From the NCBI GenBank assembly GCA_951406725.2, contig OX597829.1, positions 45,818,001 through 45,882,000 on the forward strand: 64,000 bases of DNA, in the 5' to 3' direction. The translations under genes were made by a program, and so were the position numbers. Position 1 is the first letter of the stretch; every line of letters starts with the position of its first letter. The DNA comes from Octopus vulgaris (taxonomy: Eukaryota). Positions 39,533 through 53,550 of the stretch are shown piece after piece. The notes under the pieces were generated by a model. The model ran no database searches and had not been told where the DNA came from. It was given only the letters and a program-made list of their open reading frames with translations.

Positions 39533-39768
39533 TGTGTGTGTGTATGTATTTGTGTGTCTGTGTTTGTCCCCCTAGCATTGCTTGACAACCGATGCTGGTG
39601 TGTTTATGTCCCCGTAACTTAGCGGTTCGGCAAAAAGAGACCGATAGAATAAGTACTGGGCTTACAAAAGAATAAGTCCCTGGGGTCGAGTTGCTCGATT
39701 AAAGGCGGTGCTCCAGCATGGCCGCAATCAAATGACTGAAACAAGTAAACGAGTAAAAAGAGAAAGAG
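39296..39768 (+). mobile_element. SINE family A
   Basis: Full-length copy with expanded internal TA/TG tract. Confidence 0.92.
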
Positions 39769-41045
39769 TAGATCCTTATTATAAATGTGCTACAGGAATA
39801 TCACAATTTTATCAACCTTAAAACACCACATTTGCTTTATCGATGATTTCTTATGCGAATTATTGTTGCCGACGAAATGATGAAATAACGTATGCATTGA
39901 ACAGGAAATGCTACCATGAGAACAAATTCTATTTTTGAATCCATCAGCTTAGATCAAATGTAAACATCCAAATAACTGGGATTTTGTGTATCACCTGGTG
40001 TGTAAGGCAAACCGGAAGCCAATAATATGATGAAACACCTTGATATAAACCAACTTCAAATGTTATCCGTTTTGCCAGCTAATTCCATCAGAGGATTTGG
40101 TAGACGGAAACTGATCATAAGCCAATTTATCGCATGGGATGGAAGTTTTCCTGAATAAATTACAAGAATAGTACAGGCTTGTAGCACTCTACGTCGCTAA
40201 CGAGAAGAAGACCTAATGTTTTCATAAGTATATAAGCCAAAACGATTTAATTGTGTTAAGGAGAAGGTTCAAAGGAAGGTATATGAAAATGCAAGTAACA
40301 GAATACTGTAAGCTGGAACTCTTTTACTATTTTACTTGTTTTAGTCATGTGACTGTGGTCATGCTGGAGCACCGCCTTTAGTGGAGCAAATCGACCCCAG
40401 GAATTATTCTTTGTAAGCAGGAACTGTAAATATATTTATTTTATCGAAGGCATTGACTTCTCTCTTTTATTTCGTTCGTAGCAAATTCCCCAATACACTG
40501 ATGGTTGCACAGCACAAGGGACATGATTTAAATATGTAGGCTGTCATTCAGTTTATCTCTGACAGAGATTCGCCACTATTACTCATCAATCTGTCCCGAT
40601 TCCTGCAGTTCTGAACCGAACAAGCATCCGAACACTTCATCTTGATGCTCGATCTTGTGGAAAACGTTGGCCGACATGGATTTGCTTCTCCAGGCATCAA
40701 TTCGCAACACAGTGCCTTGTGCTGATTAATCTGTGATATTGTAACGACTCCATCCGAGAAAAAAAGCCCTCAACTGATTTATGTAAAATTATTTAAACAT
40801 ATCCCACTCTCTTACTCACAAAAACACCGTCTCTTTCATTTCTCTTTTCTACTGCTACTATAATGGCCTCTGCGCCTCGGACCTGGAGGAGTTCATGTCA
40901 ACTGTACTAAATCATTACCACCTGACTCATTCCACCACTGCTCAAATTTTTGGGCCCTGCACTCATCTCTATGATCAGTCTTTTGAAATTCGTTCTTTGC
41001 TCGTGTCTTTCCTGTAGATGCTGACTGACAAAAGTTCAAGAGGAA

Positions 41046-41450
41046 GGAGTGGCTGTGTGGTAAGTAGCTTGCTAACCAACCACATGGTTCCGGGTTCAGT
41101 CCCACTGCGTGGCACCTTGGGCAAGTGTCTTCTGCTATAGCCTCGGGCCGACCAAAGCCTTGTGAGTGGATTTGGTAGACGGAAACTGAAAGAAGCCTGT
41201 CGCATATATGTATATATATATGTATGTGTGTGTATATGTTTGTGTGTCTGTGTTTGTCCCTCTAGCATTGCTTGACAATCGATGCTGGTGTGTTTACGTC
41301 CCCGTCACTTAGCGGTTCGGTAAAAGAGACCGATAGAATAAGTACTGGGCTTACAAAGAATAAGTCCTGGGGTCGATTTGCTCGACTAAAGGTGGTGCTC
41401 CAGCATGGCCGCAGTCAAATGACTGAAACAAGTAAAAAGAGTAAAAGAGA
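41046..41450 (+). mobile_element. SINE family A with AAGAGGAA TSD
   Basis: AAGAGGAA at 41038-41045 and 41451-41458. Confidence 0.9.
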
Positions 41451-43087
41451 AAGAGGAACATTAGTGGCATCAATATTATCATTTAGGAGATCCTGTGAAT
41501 GCCATGGATAGCCCTTTCCTTCACACCTAGCAAAGAAAAAGAAATATCCTCTTCCAAATGTTTCGTACAGATCAACTTAAATTATATAAAATAACTGTCA
41601 CCATGGCAGTGACGACATCCATCTATTCCGAAACTCGAGCTCGGACAGAATAGTGCTGGTGTACAACTTATACACTTTGTAGTCAAGAGACAAAACGAAT
41701 CGAATATGTAATACCAAACAGTTCTGATAGAATCATGCAACGTAGGGGACAGCTGGTTACAATGAATGATTTAAATTGATCGGTGTTCTGTTAAAGTCAA
41801 ATATATATTCAGCTCTCCTTCCAATTTATCGCATGGGATGGAGGTTTTCCCGAATAAATTACAATAATAATACAGGCTTGTAGCACTCTACGTCACTAAC
41901 GAGAAGAAGACCTAATGTTTTCATAAGTATATAAGCCAAAACGATTTAATAGTGTTAAGGAGAAGGAGGTTCAGACAATGACCACGAAGACAAGAGAACA
42001 GTTGAGGCTTAGTTGACCGAAACAAGACGAAAAATGATAAAAGCTCCCTTTTCAACTCGTTCAAAGAATGAAAGAAGGCTAGCAAAGGCATCAGCCCGAA
42101 TGTGGCAGTAGTTTTCCTTAAAAGGGCTAATTAGTGACTTTTAAAGACGACAGGTACATCCGGAGAGAGGGTAATGATGTAATCAATTTTAGGTTGGTTG
42201 TTTTGGCAATAGGTTTAATGTAATCATCCCATATACGATCTTTCGAAAAAATTCAACTTAAAAGTAAGAAAAAAAAGAAGAAAAAAGACCGGTCAGGACG
42301 AACAAAATTAGACATAAAAACAAGCTTTTTATAAAATATGTACCAGTCATATACTAAAATCAAAAATAAACTGTCTATCAGCAACATTTTACAGGTCGTC
42401 ATCTGTCTGTGAGCATTATCAATATTGCGTGAACTATGCCAGTGAAATTCAACTAAATAGTAAATAAATAAAATCGGAAAAAATCAGCAACAACAATCAT
42501 TACAACATTGAGGTTTTGATAGCGGTTGTAGTGGTTGTGATAGTATGGATAGTGTTAGTAGTGGTGTTGAAAGCGGTGGTGTTAAACTGTTAAACTGAAA
42601 GGCTTTTTTCGTTTCTTAAGAACTGAACTAGGAGGGAAGGTGGGTAAACTTACAGCAAACAAAAAGAACAACTTATGGTGTCTTTTATTTTTATGAAAGA
42701 CAAATGATACCAAGGAAATGTTGATAACAATGTTTGTCCTAGATAGTATTAAAATAATAACAGAATGGTTGCAGATTAGAATGCTGACGACCGTGGCCCT
42801 ACTGAATTAGCCCTGCCTGTGGTTCAGCTAAAACAAAAACATATAAAATTTCCCTCATGAATCGAAGATCTTGATAGGCAAATGAATTAATAATGCACGA
42901 GAAAGTTTATAAAGGGCTTTGCTTGGCGTATTAAATAAAATATCTGAATATTTAGGGATATGTTATTGTTATTAACACTTACATCTGCAGACTTACACAC
43001 ACACACACACACACACTTATACACACACATATACACACATACAAATGCTGCACACACACTTAAAATACACACACGAACTTACACACA

Positions 43088-43158
<71 letters not shown>

Positions 43159-43407
43159 CACACAAACATATACAAATACACCATCTACTTCGACATCGAG
43201 TCTTTCCGATGTGGAATTATGTATCTTGCGAAGAGGGACAAAAAAAAAGGCAAAAGACGAAAAGAAAATTCAAACAGACAACAAAATTTTGAATAACGAC
43301 ACACCCACACTGAACAATACACAACTACGACAGCATTACCAAAATTACACCCATACAAAATACATTTGCATAACATCCAACCATCACTCACCTTAGTAAA
43401 AAGAAAA

Positions 43408-43771
43408 CACACAAGAGCACAAACCTTTGCCAAGGCAACACCATCGTCCTCTCACCGACTAGCCAGTGATGATTTTTAAAATAAGGATGTCTCAAATAAA
43501 CTCGACTCCTCTCCCAAACGAGAGAACTAAAAATGAACCCGACCGCTCTCAAAAATTAAGTAAGAAAACCAAAAGTAATCCAGAATCTTTGTCCGGTACC
43601 AGATTAATCTCAAAATCTAATCAGTTCGTGCTAGTCATGAGGCCAAACATCCCTGAAAGTTTCATCTGAATCCATCAAGCGGTTCATGAGATATCTTGTC
43701 CACGATATCAAGCAAACGAACAAACAAACAAATACGACTGAAAACAATACCTCCTCCTTCGCTAAGGCGAA

Positions 43772-43776
<5 letters not shown>
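43408..43776 (-). mobile_element. HINE/DINE-1-like non-autonomous Helentron-type element, copy 1
   Basis: Minus-strand start ATTACCTTCGCCTTAGCGAAGGAGGAGGTATTGTTTTC with hairpin, (TTTG)n tract and subterminal TTGGCAAAGGT. Homologous to 45165-45526. Confidence 0.6.
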
Positions 43777-43805
<29 letters not shown>

Positions 43806-43816
43806 GTAATAATAAT

Positions 43817-44365
43817 TGATACAGTACCAGACAGTGGCTCTCATGGCTTCTGATCTTAACTGATTGGAAGTGTTATCATGTACATTGTTTTGTCTTGGTA
43901 TAAAAGATGGGCTACAGCAAATATTCTGCTCAATACCACAGATTTTCTTGTCAGTTGTTTGACCATAACCAGTTGAGCAAGCCCCTTGGTGGCTGACGAT
44001 ATGTGCATCTTTGATCACGAGCAGAAGTAGTGGGGGAGCATCATAGCCATGTGTTGAAAGGAATTCTTTGGAGGTTTGGATAATTCACCTTTGGAAATAT
44101 GGGTGGTTCGTTCAACATCCTTAAAAAATCCTTATTCAGGGACCTCTTGAGTGGGATGGGCTACTCGACTAGAAGAAAATTCTAGCTGGGCCCCACCTGC
44201 AAGGTCATGCGCCGTTTATCTTGATATACGATCACCATGTCGCGCACATATGGTTGTGATGCATGTGCCTGGTGTACCCTTATCAGACGGGTAGTCATGA
44301 TGGGTATACTGGGCTTCGTATATTTTACCCCAGTGTCACTTTGATGACATGCGCTGCTCTCACTC
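43817..44365 (+). mobile_element. About 555-bp unclassified non-coding element in (AAT)n, copy 1
   Basis: Aligns over its whole length with 44488-45042. Begins and ends in AAT repeats. Confidence 0.75.
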
Positions 44366-44388
44366 AATAATACTAGTAATAGTGATAG

Positions 44389-44440
<52 letters not shown>

Positions 44441-44487
44441 GATGATGATATTGATGATGATGATGATGATGAGGATAATAATAATAA

Positions 44488-45042
44488 GCCCTGATGCAGT
44501 AGCAGGCAGTGGCTCTCATGGCTGCTGATCTTAACTCATTGGAAGTATTATCATGTACATTGTTTTGTCTTGGTATAAAAGATGGGCTACAGCAAATATT
44601 CTACTCAATACCACAGATTTGCTTGTCAGTTGTTTGACCTTAACCAGTTGAGCATGTCCCTTAGTGGCTGACGATATGTGCATCTTTGATCATGAGCAGA
44701 AGTAGTGGGGGAGCATCATAGCCATGTGTTGAGAGGAATTCTTTGGGGGTTTGGATAATTCACCTTTGGAAATATGGGTGGTTCGTTCAACATCCTTAAA
44801 CAATCCTTATTCAGAGACCTTTAGAGCGGGATGAGCTACTCGACCAGAAGAAAATTCTAACTGGGCTCCATCTGCAAGGACATGCGCTATTTATCTTGAT
44901 TTGAGATCACCGTGTCGCACACATATGGTTGTGATGCATGTGCCTGGTGTACCTTTATCAGACGGGTAGTCATGATGGGTATACTGAACTTCGTATGTTT
45001 TACCCCAGTGTCACTTTGATGGCATGCACTGCTCTCTCACTC
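44488..45042 (+). mobile_element. About 555-bp unclassified non-coding element in (AAT)n, copy 2
   Basis: GCCCTGATGCAGT...CTGCTCTCTCACTC followed by (AAT)n(AAG)n(AAC)n. Confidence 0.75.
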
Positions 45043-45117
<75 letters not shown>

Positions 45118-45164
45118 AACAACAACAACAACAACAACAACAACTGCAACAACAACGACAACAA

Positions 45165-45526
45165 TGGCACTCAGTGAGCGCAAACCTCTGTCAAGGCAAC
45201 ACCAACATCCTCTCAACGATTAGCCAGAGATGATTTTTAAAATGAGAATATCTGTGATAAACTTGACTGCTGTCATAAACGAGAATATTAAAAATGAACC
45301 CAACCGCTCTCAAAATTTAAGTAAAAAAAAAGTTAAAATAATCTCGAACTCTTGTCCAGTTCCAGATCGATCCCAAAATCTGATCAGTTCGTGCAAATCA
45401 TGTGGCCAAACATCCCTGAAAATTTCATCCGAATCCATCGAGCGGTTCTTGAGATATTTTGTCCACGGACAAACAAACAATACACGACTGAAACAATACC
45501 TCCGCCATCGCTAAGATGGAGGTAAT
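45165..45526 (-). mobile_element. HINE/DINE-1-like element, copy 2
   Basis: Ends AATACCTCCGCCATCGCTAAGATGGAGGTAAT on plus strand. Diverged homologue of 43408-43776. Confidence 0.6.
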
Positions 45527-47737
45527 AAACTGATACACAAAAAAGAAAAAAAAAACATCAACAAAACACATCGAGTCCAAACGTTGTGCTTATAAAACAC
45601 TGACGTCACAATCGTTTATTTTTTTATTTATTTCAGTCAATTGGACTGTGGTCGCGCTGGAGCACCGCCTTGGAAACTTCAGTCAACTAAATTGACAGGT
45701 TATTGGTTACTCCAAATCTATAGTAGTAAAAGGTGCCACGCAGTAGAGAGAACCAAAAGCCACGTGGCTGCAGATGAGCTTCTTAACCATCTTTCCATGC
45801 CTGCGCCTTAGTAAAAAAAAAGAAAAGAAAAAAAAAAGAGAAAACTAAAACCGTGGGAAATGTTTTCAAGCACAGCACTTAAAGTGAGTGAAAGTTTGAA
45901 CTCAATAAGGCTGGATTTGGGGAGATATAAAGTATTAAAGGAAGCCTAACCGTATAGTCCAGCAGTAGCCCCTAAACGACTTACGAAATGAAATTCAATA
46001 TTCTGTGGAGAACGAGTCATCCAGTCGCCGGGGCCACTAAATGGAGAAGTAACCAGTTTCCTCCTATCATCTTTATCATTCAACTAATACGAAAGGGATA
46101 TATAAGTGCACATGGTCTTCGGGTAACGCGCTCGAAGTAGGGTCACCTGCTCAATGACCTTGAGTTCCTAGGCTTGGATGTGATAGCAGAGAGACTAGCA
46201 TTTCCAAAACACGTGCCTGAATACCCACTTTTGGCAGTTATGTGATCTTCGGTCTGAAGTACGGGGGGGATGGCGGTGCTGTTTTGGGAATGCTTATGCC
46301 TAGAAATAAGGTCGATCTTCCTGGACCCGGACAGCAAGTTGGTCGTCCGGGACGTGAACTGTAGTGAAGATGGTGTCTTCGGACTAATCACCATGAACTC
46401 TCTTACAGAAGAGAGCAGCCTGATTTCTACAGGTTTCTGGAGGTTTTCCTGGGAAGGTTTCGCTTGGATGCACGTCTGGATTGTTCGGAGCTAAATGATA
46501 GGTACCGACTGGATTACAAGAATGCACCAATTTGGACATAAGCAAACAGCATCGGATTATCTATCTTGATAGAGTATTCTGTAAGCCAGTAGCTAGGAAT
46601 AGCATAGATTGTCCACTGTTCAAAGTTGTCGGTAACACATATCATAAAATTGTAATCTTTATAATCATCCTAACGGAATGTAAAGATAAGGAGCTCGTCA
46701 CTGGAAACTGAACGCATCTTTCCCGCTGCGCTAAATTTACAGAGACCAGATTGGAGGTCTTGTTAAGAGGGAATTGACGAGATCAATCGTTAACAACCAA
46801 TGGTTGTTAGCCCCGGAAGGGGCTATTAGATTAAAATCAACAAGGTTTAGTAAGAAAATATGATAAAGAATTCTAAAGTAGAAGGAGAGTTAGTAATCTA
46901 GAAGAGGCTTTTCTTATAGGAATGCCTTTTCTAATAGAAAAGATATTACGGTTGATGTGTTTGAACGATTCTTCAACACTAAGAACGAAGGCTGCATGTA
47001 ACGCATGAGGGAGAAAAAGCCGTTCGATGGTCCCGGGTGGGCTGAGGCGTAATGTAGCAACAAATACACTCACACACGGTCGGCTACCCCATCAATGTTA
47101 TTAATACTAGCTCTGTATAACTCACCTTTAAGTGAAATGATATATTCCCTGTCATATGCATTGAGCGCCTTTCTATCCATTCCTAAAAGAAGCATCAATG
47201 ATGTATGTATGCCCTGGGTATGACATGAAACTACATCCGATGGTGAAGATACAATTCGTGAGCTCTGGAATTGTGGGGAGCGTGGTATCATCCATTATTG
47301 ACCATTACTCCCAGGTATGTTTTGACTCGGAACGGTAGTACGTTACAGGGTCACAACTATGAGTTAAATGAGTTTTATAAGAGTAGAGGAGGCTACTATT
47401 ATTTTTGACAAAGCTATTGGGAAACCAACTTGTCTAGAAGAAAGATACTATGATCTGAATCTTTGAAAACAGTAACCAGTCATCTTGCAATGCTTGTCAC
47501 TGGAACCTAGTATGGCGACCGAAAGAGTTGCAAAAGTGTTGTACAACCTTTTGTCACTAAAATCCAATGACGTGCAAATGTCTCAATATCCATTTCATTT
47601 CTTGATGTCTTTTGTCTTTTATAAAGTCCAGTGGTGATATAGCGCGAAAAGTCATATTCGTGCATATGCAGGGATGAAAGTAAATCAGAACAACCAAACT
47701 GAATGTGGGACGGCTATCATCTAAAACGAGCCGCGTG

Positions 47738-47817
<80 letters not shown>

Positions 47818-47818
47818 A

Positions 47819-47950
<132 letters not shown>

Positions 47951-47962
47951 GTCCGTCCGTCC

Positions 47963-48107
<145 letters not shown>

Positions 48108-48333
48108 GATAAATAAATAGAGAAATCGACAGACAGACAAACAGATAAGTAATTAGCTAGCTAGCTGGATAGATAGCTAGGACAGATAAATAGTGTATTC
48201 TGTAAGCCAGTAGCTAGGGGTAGCATAGATTGTCCACAGTTCAAAGTTGTCGGTTACACAGACCATAAAATTGTGATTTGTACGGTCGACCAACATTGAA
48301 TGTATAGAGGAGAACCCGCTCACAGGAAATTCG

Positions 48334-48383
48334 TGTGTGTATGTATGTATGTATGTATGTATGTATGTATGTATGTATGTATG

Positions 48384-48414
<31 letters not shown>

Positions 48415-48475
48415 GTAGGTAGGTAGGTATGTATATCTATATGTGTGTATGAATTTTTGTATGTATGAATACATA

Positions 48476-48525
<50 letters not shown>

Positions 48526-48589
48526 TATATATGTGTGTATGTATGTATGTATGTATGTATGTATGTATGTATGTATGTATGTATGTATG

Positions 48590-48620
<31 letters not shown>

Positions 48621-48815
48621 GTAGGTAGGTAGGTAGGTAAGTATGTATATCTATATGTGTATATATGTATGTGTGTATGTATGTATGCATGTGTGTATGT
48701 ATGTATGTATGTATGTATGTATGTATGTATGTATGTATGTATGTATGTATGTGTGTATGTATGTATGTATGTATGTATGTATGTATGTATGTATGTATGT
48801 ATGTATGTATGTAGG
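48334..48815. repeat. (TATG)n/(TA)n compound microsatellite
   Basis: Direct reading. A similar array lies at 27780-28480. Confidence 0.95.
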
Positions 48816-48969
48816 TATGCATGTGTGTGTATGTGTTTAACTTTTTGTCAGCTACACATACGACACATATACGGGAGTTGTTCCAAAAAAGGTGGTCCCA
48901 AACAAAAGTGTTCTGTAATCTTTTTGCTCTGTAATGCCATTAAGCAAATCTTCTGAACCAGCCCTTTAC

Positions 48970-49052
<83 letters not shown>

Positions 49053-49421
49053 CGTGCGTGTACGTATGTGTTTGTGTATACCTATATATGTATAGCTTGC
49101 TTCAATATATGGCAATTTATTGTTTTCTTGCAGTTTAAACATGTCTATTAAGTTTTTTTTAATGTCAAGTGAATAAATGAATACATTTAAGAGAGAAATA
49201 AAAGAAAAGAAAAAAACTCCAATGAATTCCACATTTTATCTGAAAATCACAGTTAAACATTAAAGTTGTTTAGTCATATTAAATATTATCATGTCTAGTC
49301 GTAAAGCTCGATGCAGCTAGGCATTATCACAAATCTTTCCAGTTTAAATATTGCATTGAATATATATGTTATGTATGTATGTACGTATGTATATATATAA
49401 TTATGAATAAAATATTATTAC

Positions 49422-49452
<31 letters not shown>

Positions 49453-49541
49453 TATATTTATACACACACACATATATATATATGTATATATATATGTATA
49501 TATATATGTATATATATATATATATATGTATATATATGTAT

Positions 49542-49594
<53 letters not shown>

Positions 49595-49759
49595 GGAGAG
49601 AGAGAGTGAGAGAGAATCAGACGAGTTGTCCACAAGGCTTTGACTTTGTGGACACAAAACCTTGGTTAACTGTTTGTCTAAGATATAAAATTTTTGTTGT
49701 ATATATATGCATATATAGATATAGTTATATATGGACACACACACACACACATATATATG

Positions 49760-49860
<101 letters not shown>

Positions 49861-50083
49861 GTATACATATTACTAAGTCTCTATAAAAGAGATTATGGCA
49901 GCGTTTACTGAAAGTTAATTGTTATCGCCATATTAATATGGCATTCTTATAGATATAAGAATAATCGCTGTCATGGTCAGCTCCATGAGGCCACCGCCAT
50001 CAAGATAGCTATTGATACACGATCTGTATCCATAATAACCTTCGAACAAGGGAGGTCAGCCGCTTCACACTGCCAGTCCGACA

Positions 50084-50125
50084 GCTACAGACGCGTTTCG
50101 GGGTATTGCCCCTTGTCAATGTAGC
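50084..50125 (-). ncRNA. Minimal type I hammerhead ribozyme with U3-A8 core variant
   Basis: Minus strand: GCTACA-TTGACAA-GGGG-CAATA-CCCC-GAAACGCGTC-TGTAGC. 6-bp stem I, 4-bp stem II, palindromic ACGCGT stem III, GUC site. Confidence 0.75.
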
Positions 50126-50249
50126 GCAGTCAGACCCGCAGGTGTCGCCACTGACGTCTCTGTTCGAAGGCTTATATTTACCTAGTTTCAGTGGAATACA
50201 TATATATAGATATAGATAGATAGATTTATCTATCTTTATATATATGCTT

Positions 50250-51182
50250 AGGACAGTCAAAAGCTACACGAAAGTGAAACATAACTATGGATATAACCAA
50301 GATACCTACAACCATAACTTCACACGAATCACAAACAAGGAAAGAAGCTTCTATACTAGGAAAAGCAACACAAAAAATAAACAAAACAGCGATAATATCT
50401 GGCTTGTTATCCCCCATGCACCTCAAATCAAATATAGTTCATTCATTAATGAAAATCATAGATAAACACCTAAAGGTTAATAATAAATACACGCAATTAT
50501 TTAGGAATAAAATCAAAATAGGCCACAGTCTGACTAATAACTCAGCCACAATAATAGCCTCAATAAATAATATAAAAAAACTTGACAAAGTCTATGGAAC
50601 TAGAAAGAATGTGAATAATAAAAATAATAACCAACCAACTAATAGGACTTGGCCCCCCCACCCACTAACGCAACGCCTCCTGTTAAATTAGGTAAAGACC
50701 TGAATTAGTAATTTCTCCCCCTACCACATTACAACACGGACGTAGATACACCTAATTATTTATGCGGCTGTAGGGATAGACCAAACTGCCATTTCTCAAG
50801 TAGATGTAAGACAAATAACGTAGTTTACCAATGTGACGTCCGCACAAATAACCAGACGAAATCATACATAAGTACCACTAAGAACCAAATGATTCTCATA
50901 TATAATGCACACATATCGAGCTTCAGAAATAGGAATAAGGCTAACTCTGCAGGACTAAGTACAATCATTTGGGAACTTAAGGATAAACAAATAGATTTTA
51001 GCTTAAACTGGTGTATACTCACTAAAGCAATCACCTGCAACATCGCAAACATATACTGCGATCTTTGCCTATCAGAACGTCTAACTATACTTACGGCTAA
51101 ACAAACCCTTCTTGTCAGAAAATTTGAGAACAACAATTCTTGTCTTCACGTGGACCTTTATGTATTTTCAAAATACCAGTAG
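50250..51182 (+). pseudogene. Degraded Penelope-like element: linker plus GIY-YIG endonuclease
   Basis: KSNIVHSLMKIIDKH..QLFRNKIKIGHS, then from 50760 LCGCRDRPNCHFSSRCKTNNVVYQC..KSYISTT..YNAHISSFR..LSTIIWELK..LNWCIL..CDLCLSERLTIL..SCLH. Matches PLE VVY..YIG..H..C..CL.EK..CRH layout. 3' untranslated part runs to about 51720. Confidence 0.85.
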
Positions 51183-51989
51183 AATAGCCCCTCTTGTTTC
51201 TATGCAGGCCTCTATGCCTTTCATAGTCCCAAACTAGAATACTCATCAATAAAAGTCTAATTAACTGGGAAACACCTTAAACACTTACACACAGTCACCC
51301 CGCAAACCCACTCGTCCCCCATATTCCATAATAATTCACTTTACTCATGCAAAGGGTCCCTCCTAGCACCAAGAACTTCCTAAACACTAGCAATAAGATA
51401 ATTATTAGCCATAATACATTTTCAAACCACCCAAAATTTGGTAAGAGTTAGCTCCCTTTTCACCCTGTAAGAATGACCCCCTTTACCTACACCGCTGGTA
51501 ATAAATAATCGTAGAATATAGTTAATTGAATATACACGTGCGGAAAAAATATGCTTAATTAAACTAGGAACCACACACCTAAATAATACTCACCTCGCCC
51601 TAATTACCCAACGAAACTAACCAGTCTACCACAAGCAAACCTCTCTCCACGAATTTACCAGCGCAAGAACAAAATTTAATGTAAGAATTATTAACTTTGC
51701 TTTATATTACTATTACATATGTATCAATTATTTTCGCATCCTAACCGATGCATCTATCGCACAATTCGCCAGCAGTGCTATTTTTTTTTTCTTAGTTCAG
51801 TATATCAAATCCGTTCACAAGACTTTAGTTGGATTGAACCCAGAATCATGTGGTTTGGGTGCAAACGTCTTTCTTACATACAGTCCCACCTGCAGCTACG
51901 ACTATTAAAATATTCAATAAATTTTTATGAATATGAGTGTTCTCTGCCAGAGAAACTCGAAAATTACAAAATGAACACCCACAAAAGCA

Positions 51990-52168
<179 letters not shown>

Positions 52169-53129
52169 TTCAGTGTATCATACTGAATGCTTCAAAATCT
52201 TTTATTTGGCTCTATAGATCTTCAGTGCGTTTGATTATGAAATACGGGTGAGCTGTATGCTTTCTATCTATTGTTTCATCCATTTACCTCCTCTTTTCTG
52301 AGACGAGCGCTCAATTCTGCCACTGGAGATATTTGAATCCAGGCCCACGCTTCAAAGACCAATACGTTTCGAGGTAGTTTTTGTCCTTTTCAAAATGAGT
52401 GCTGTAATTATTACCATTCAATGAATAATGTTTCCGTAATTATAACATGGATATTATTCATTGAAAAATTTCTATTCATCTATTTTCGTTCCATCGTTCC
52501 ATATTTAATAATAAAAAAAAAAAAAGGATTTCTTTAGTGAAAATTTTTTTTTTCAAATACTGTCATTCCAAATATTTATTTATTCACTTATTTATTTACT
52601 TTTATTTATGTGTCAAGAGTAGAAACTAAATTTCTATAGAAAATTTTTTTTTCCATTTTTCTATTTAGTTAAACAATTAGCAAAACCCCCATATTCATTT
52701 GCCGCTACTAATTTCTATAAATAGCTTCAACCGTTTGTTTATTTCTATAAGTGTCAGTCACGTAAGTATTATGAAAACATTATTCATCGATATGTTTTTA
52801 TTCACTGATTTATACTCCACATAAAAAAAGACAATTCCTTTTGTGGCATTTTCTCTGCCATTCGTTTCAAATACTTTATTCTTTCATTTACGTATCAAAA
52901 GCGAAAACTGTATATATATGTTTTTTATTTTTACTGAAAAGTTTCGCTATTCTAGGCAGTTGAATTATTTGCAAATTCCGCATTCATTTGTTAATACAAA
53001 TTTCAGTCAAAGTACTCAAATAATTAAATGTATTTTTTTTCTTTACTAGTTTCAGCCCATGAGCTGCGGCCATGCTGGGGCACTACCGTTATATATTCAT
53101 TTTCACTTTCTCAATCCTTCTTTTAACTT

Positions 53130-53550
53130 TTATCTTTTATCTTATTCAGTCATTTGACTGCGGCTAAGCTGGGGCAAATGGAGAGGTTTTTGTCGAACAA
53201 ATCGACCGCAGGACATTTTAAAAAACCTAGTACTTATTCTATCGGTCTTCTTATTCTTTTGCCGAGGCACTAGCTTACGGGGACGTAAACACACAAACAT
53301 CGGTTGTCAAGCGGTGATAGGTAACAAACACAGACAAGACACAAAGACACACATACATTTAACACTCACGCACACACACACACACGCATATACGACAGGC
53401 TTCTTTCAGTTTCCATCTACCAAATCCACTGACAAGGCTTTGGTCAGCCCAAGGCTATATTAGAAGACATTTGCCCTAGGTACCAAGAAGTGCGACCGAA
53501 TCCGGGACCATGTGGTTAGTAAGCAAACTTCTTACCACACAGCTACGCCT
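53130..53550 (-). mobile_element. SINE family A (older)
   Basis: Reverse complement of family A, ends CACACAGCTACGCC. Confidence 0.8.

Noticed and set aside
40860-41640. Possible Harbinger transposase remnant (GKGYP on minus strand)
   Set aside because: Only one short motif and many stops, so it cannot be supported by eye.
40122-41966. LTR retrotransposon or TRIM bounded by the 146-bp repeats
   Set aside because: No TG/CA termini, PBS, PPT, TSD or gag/pol remnants.
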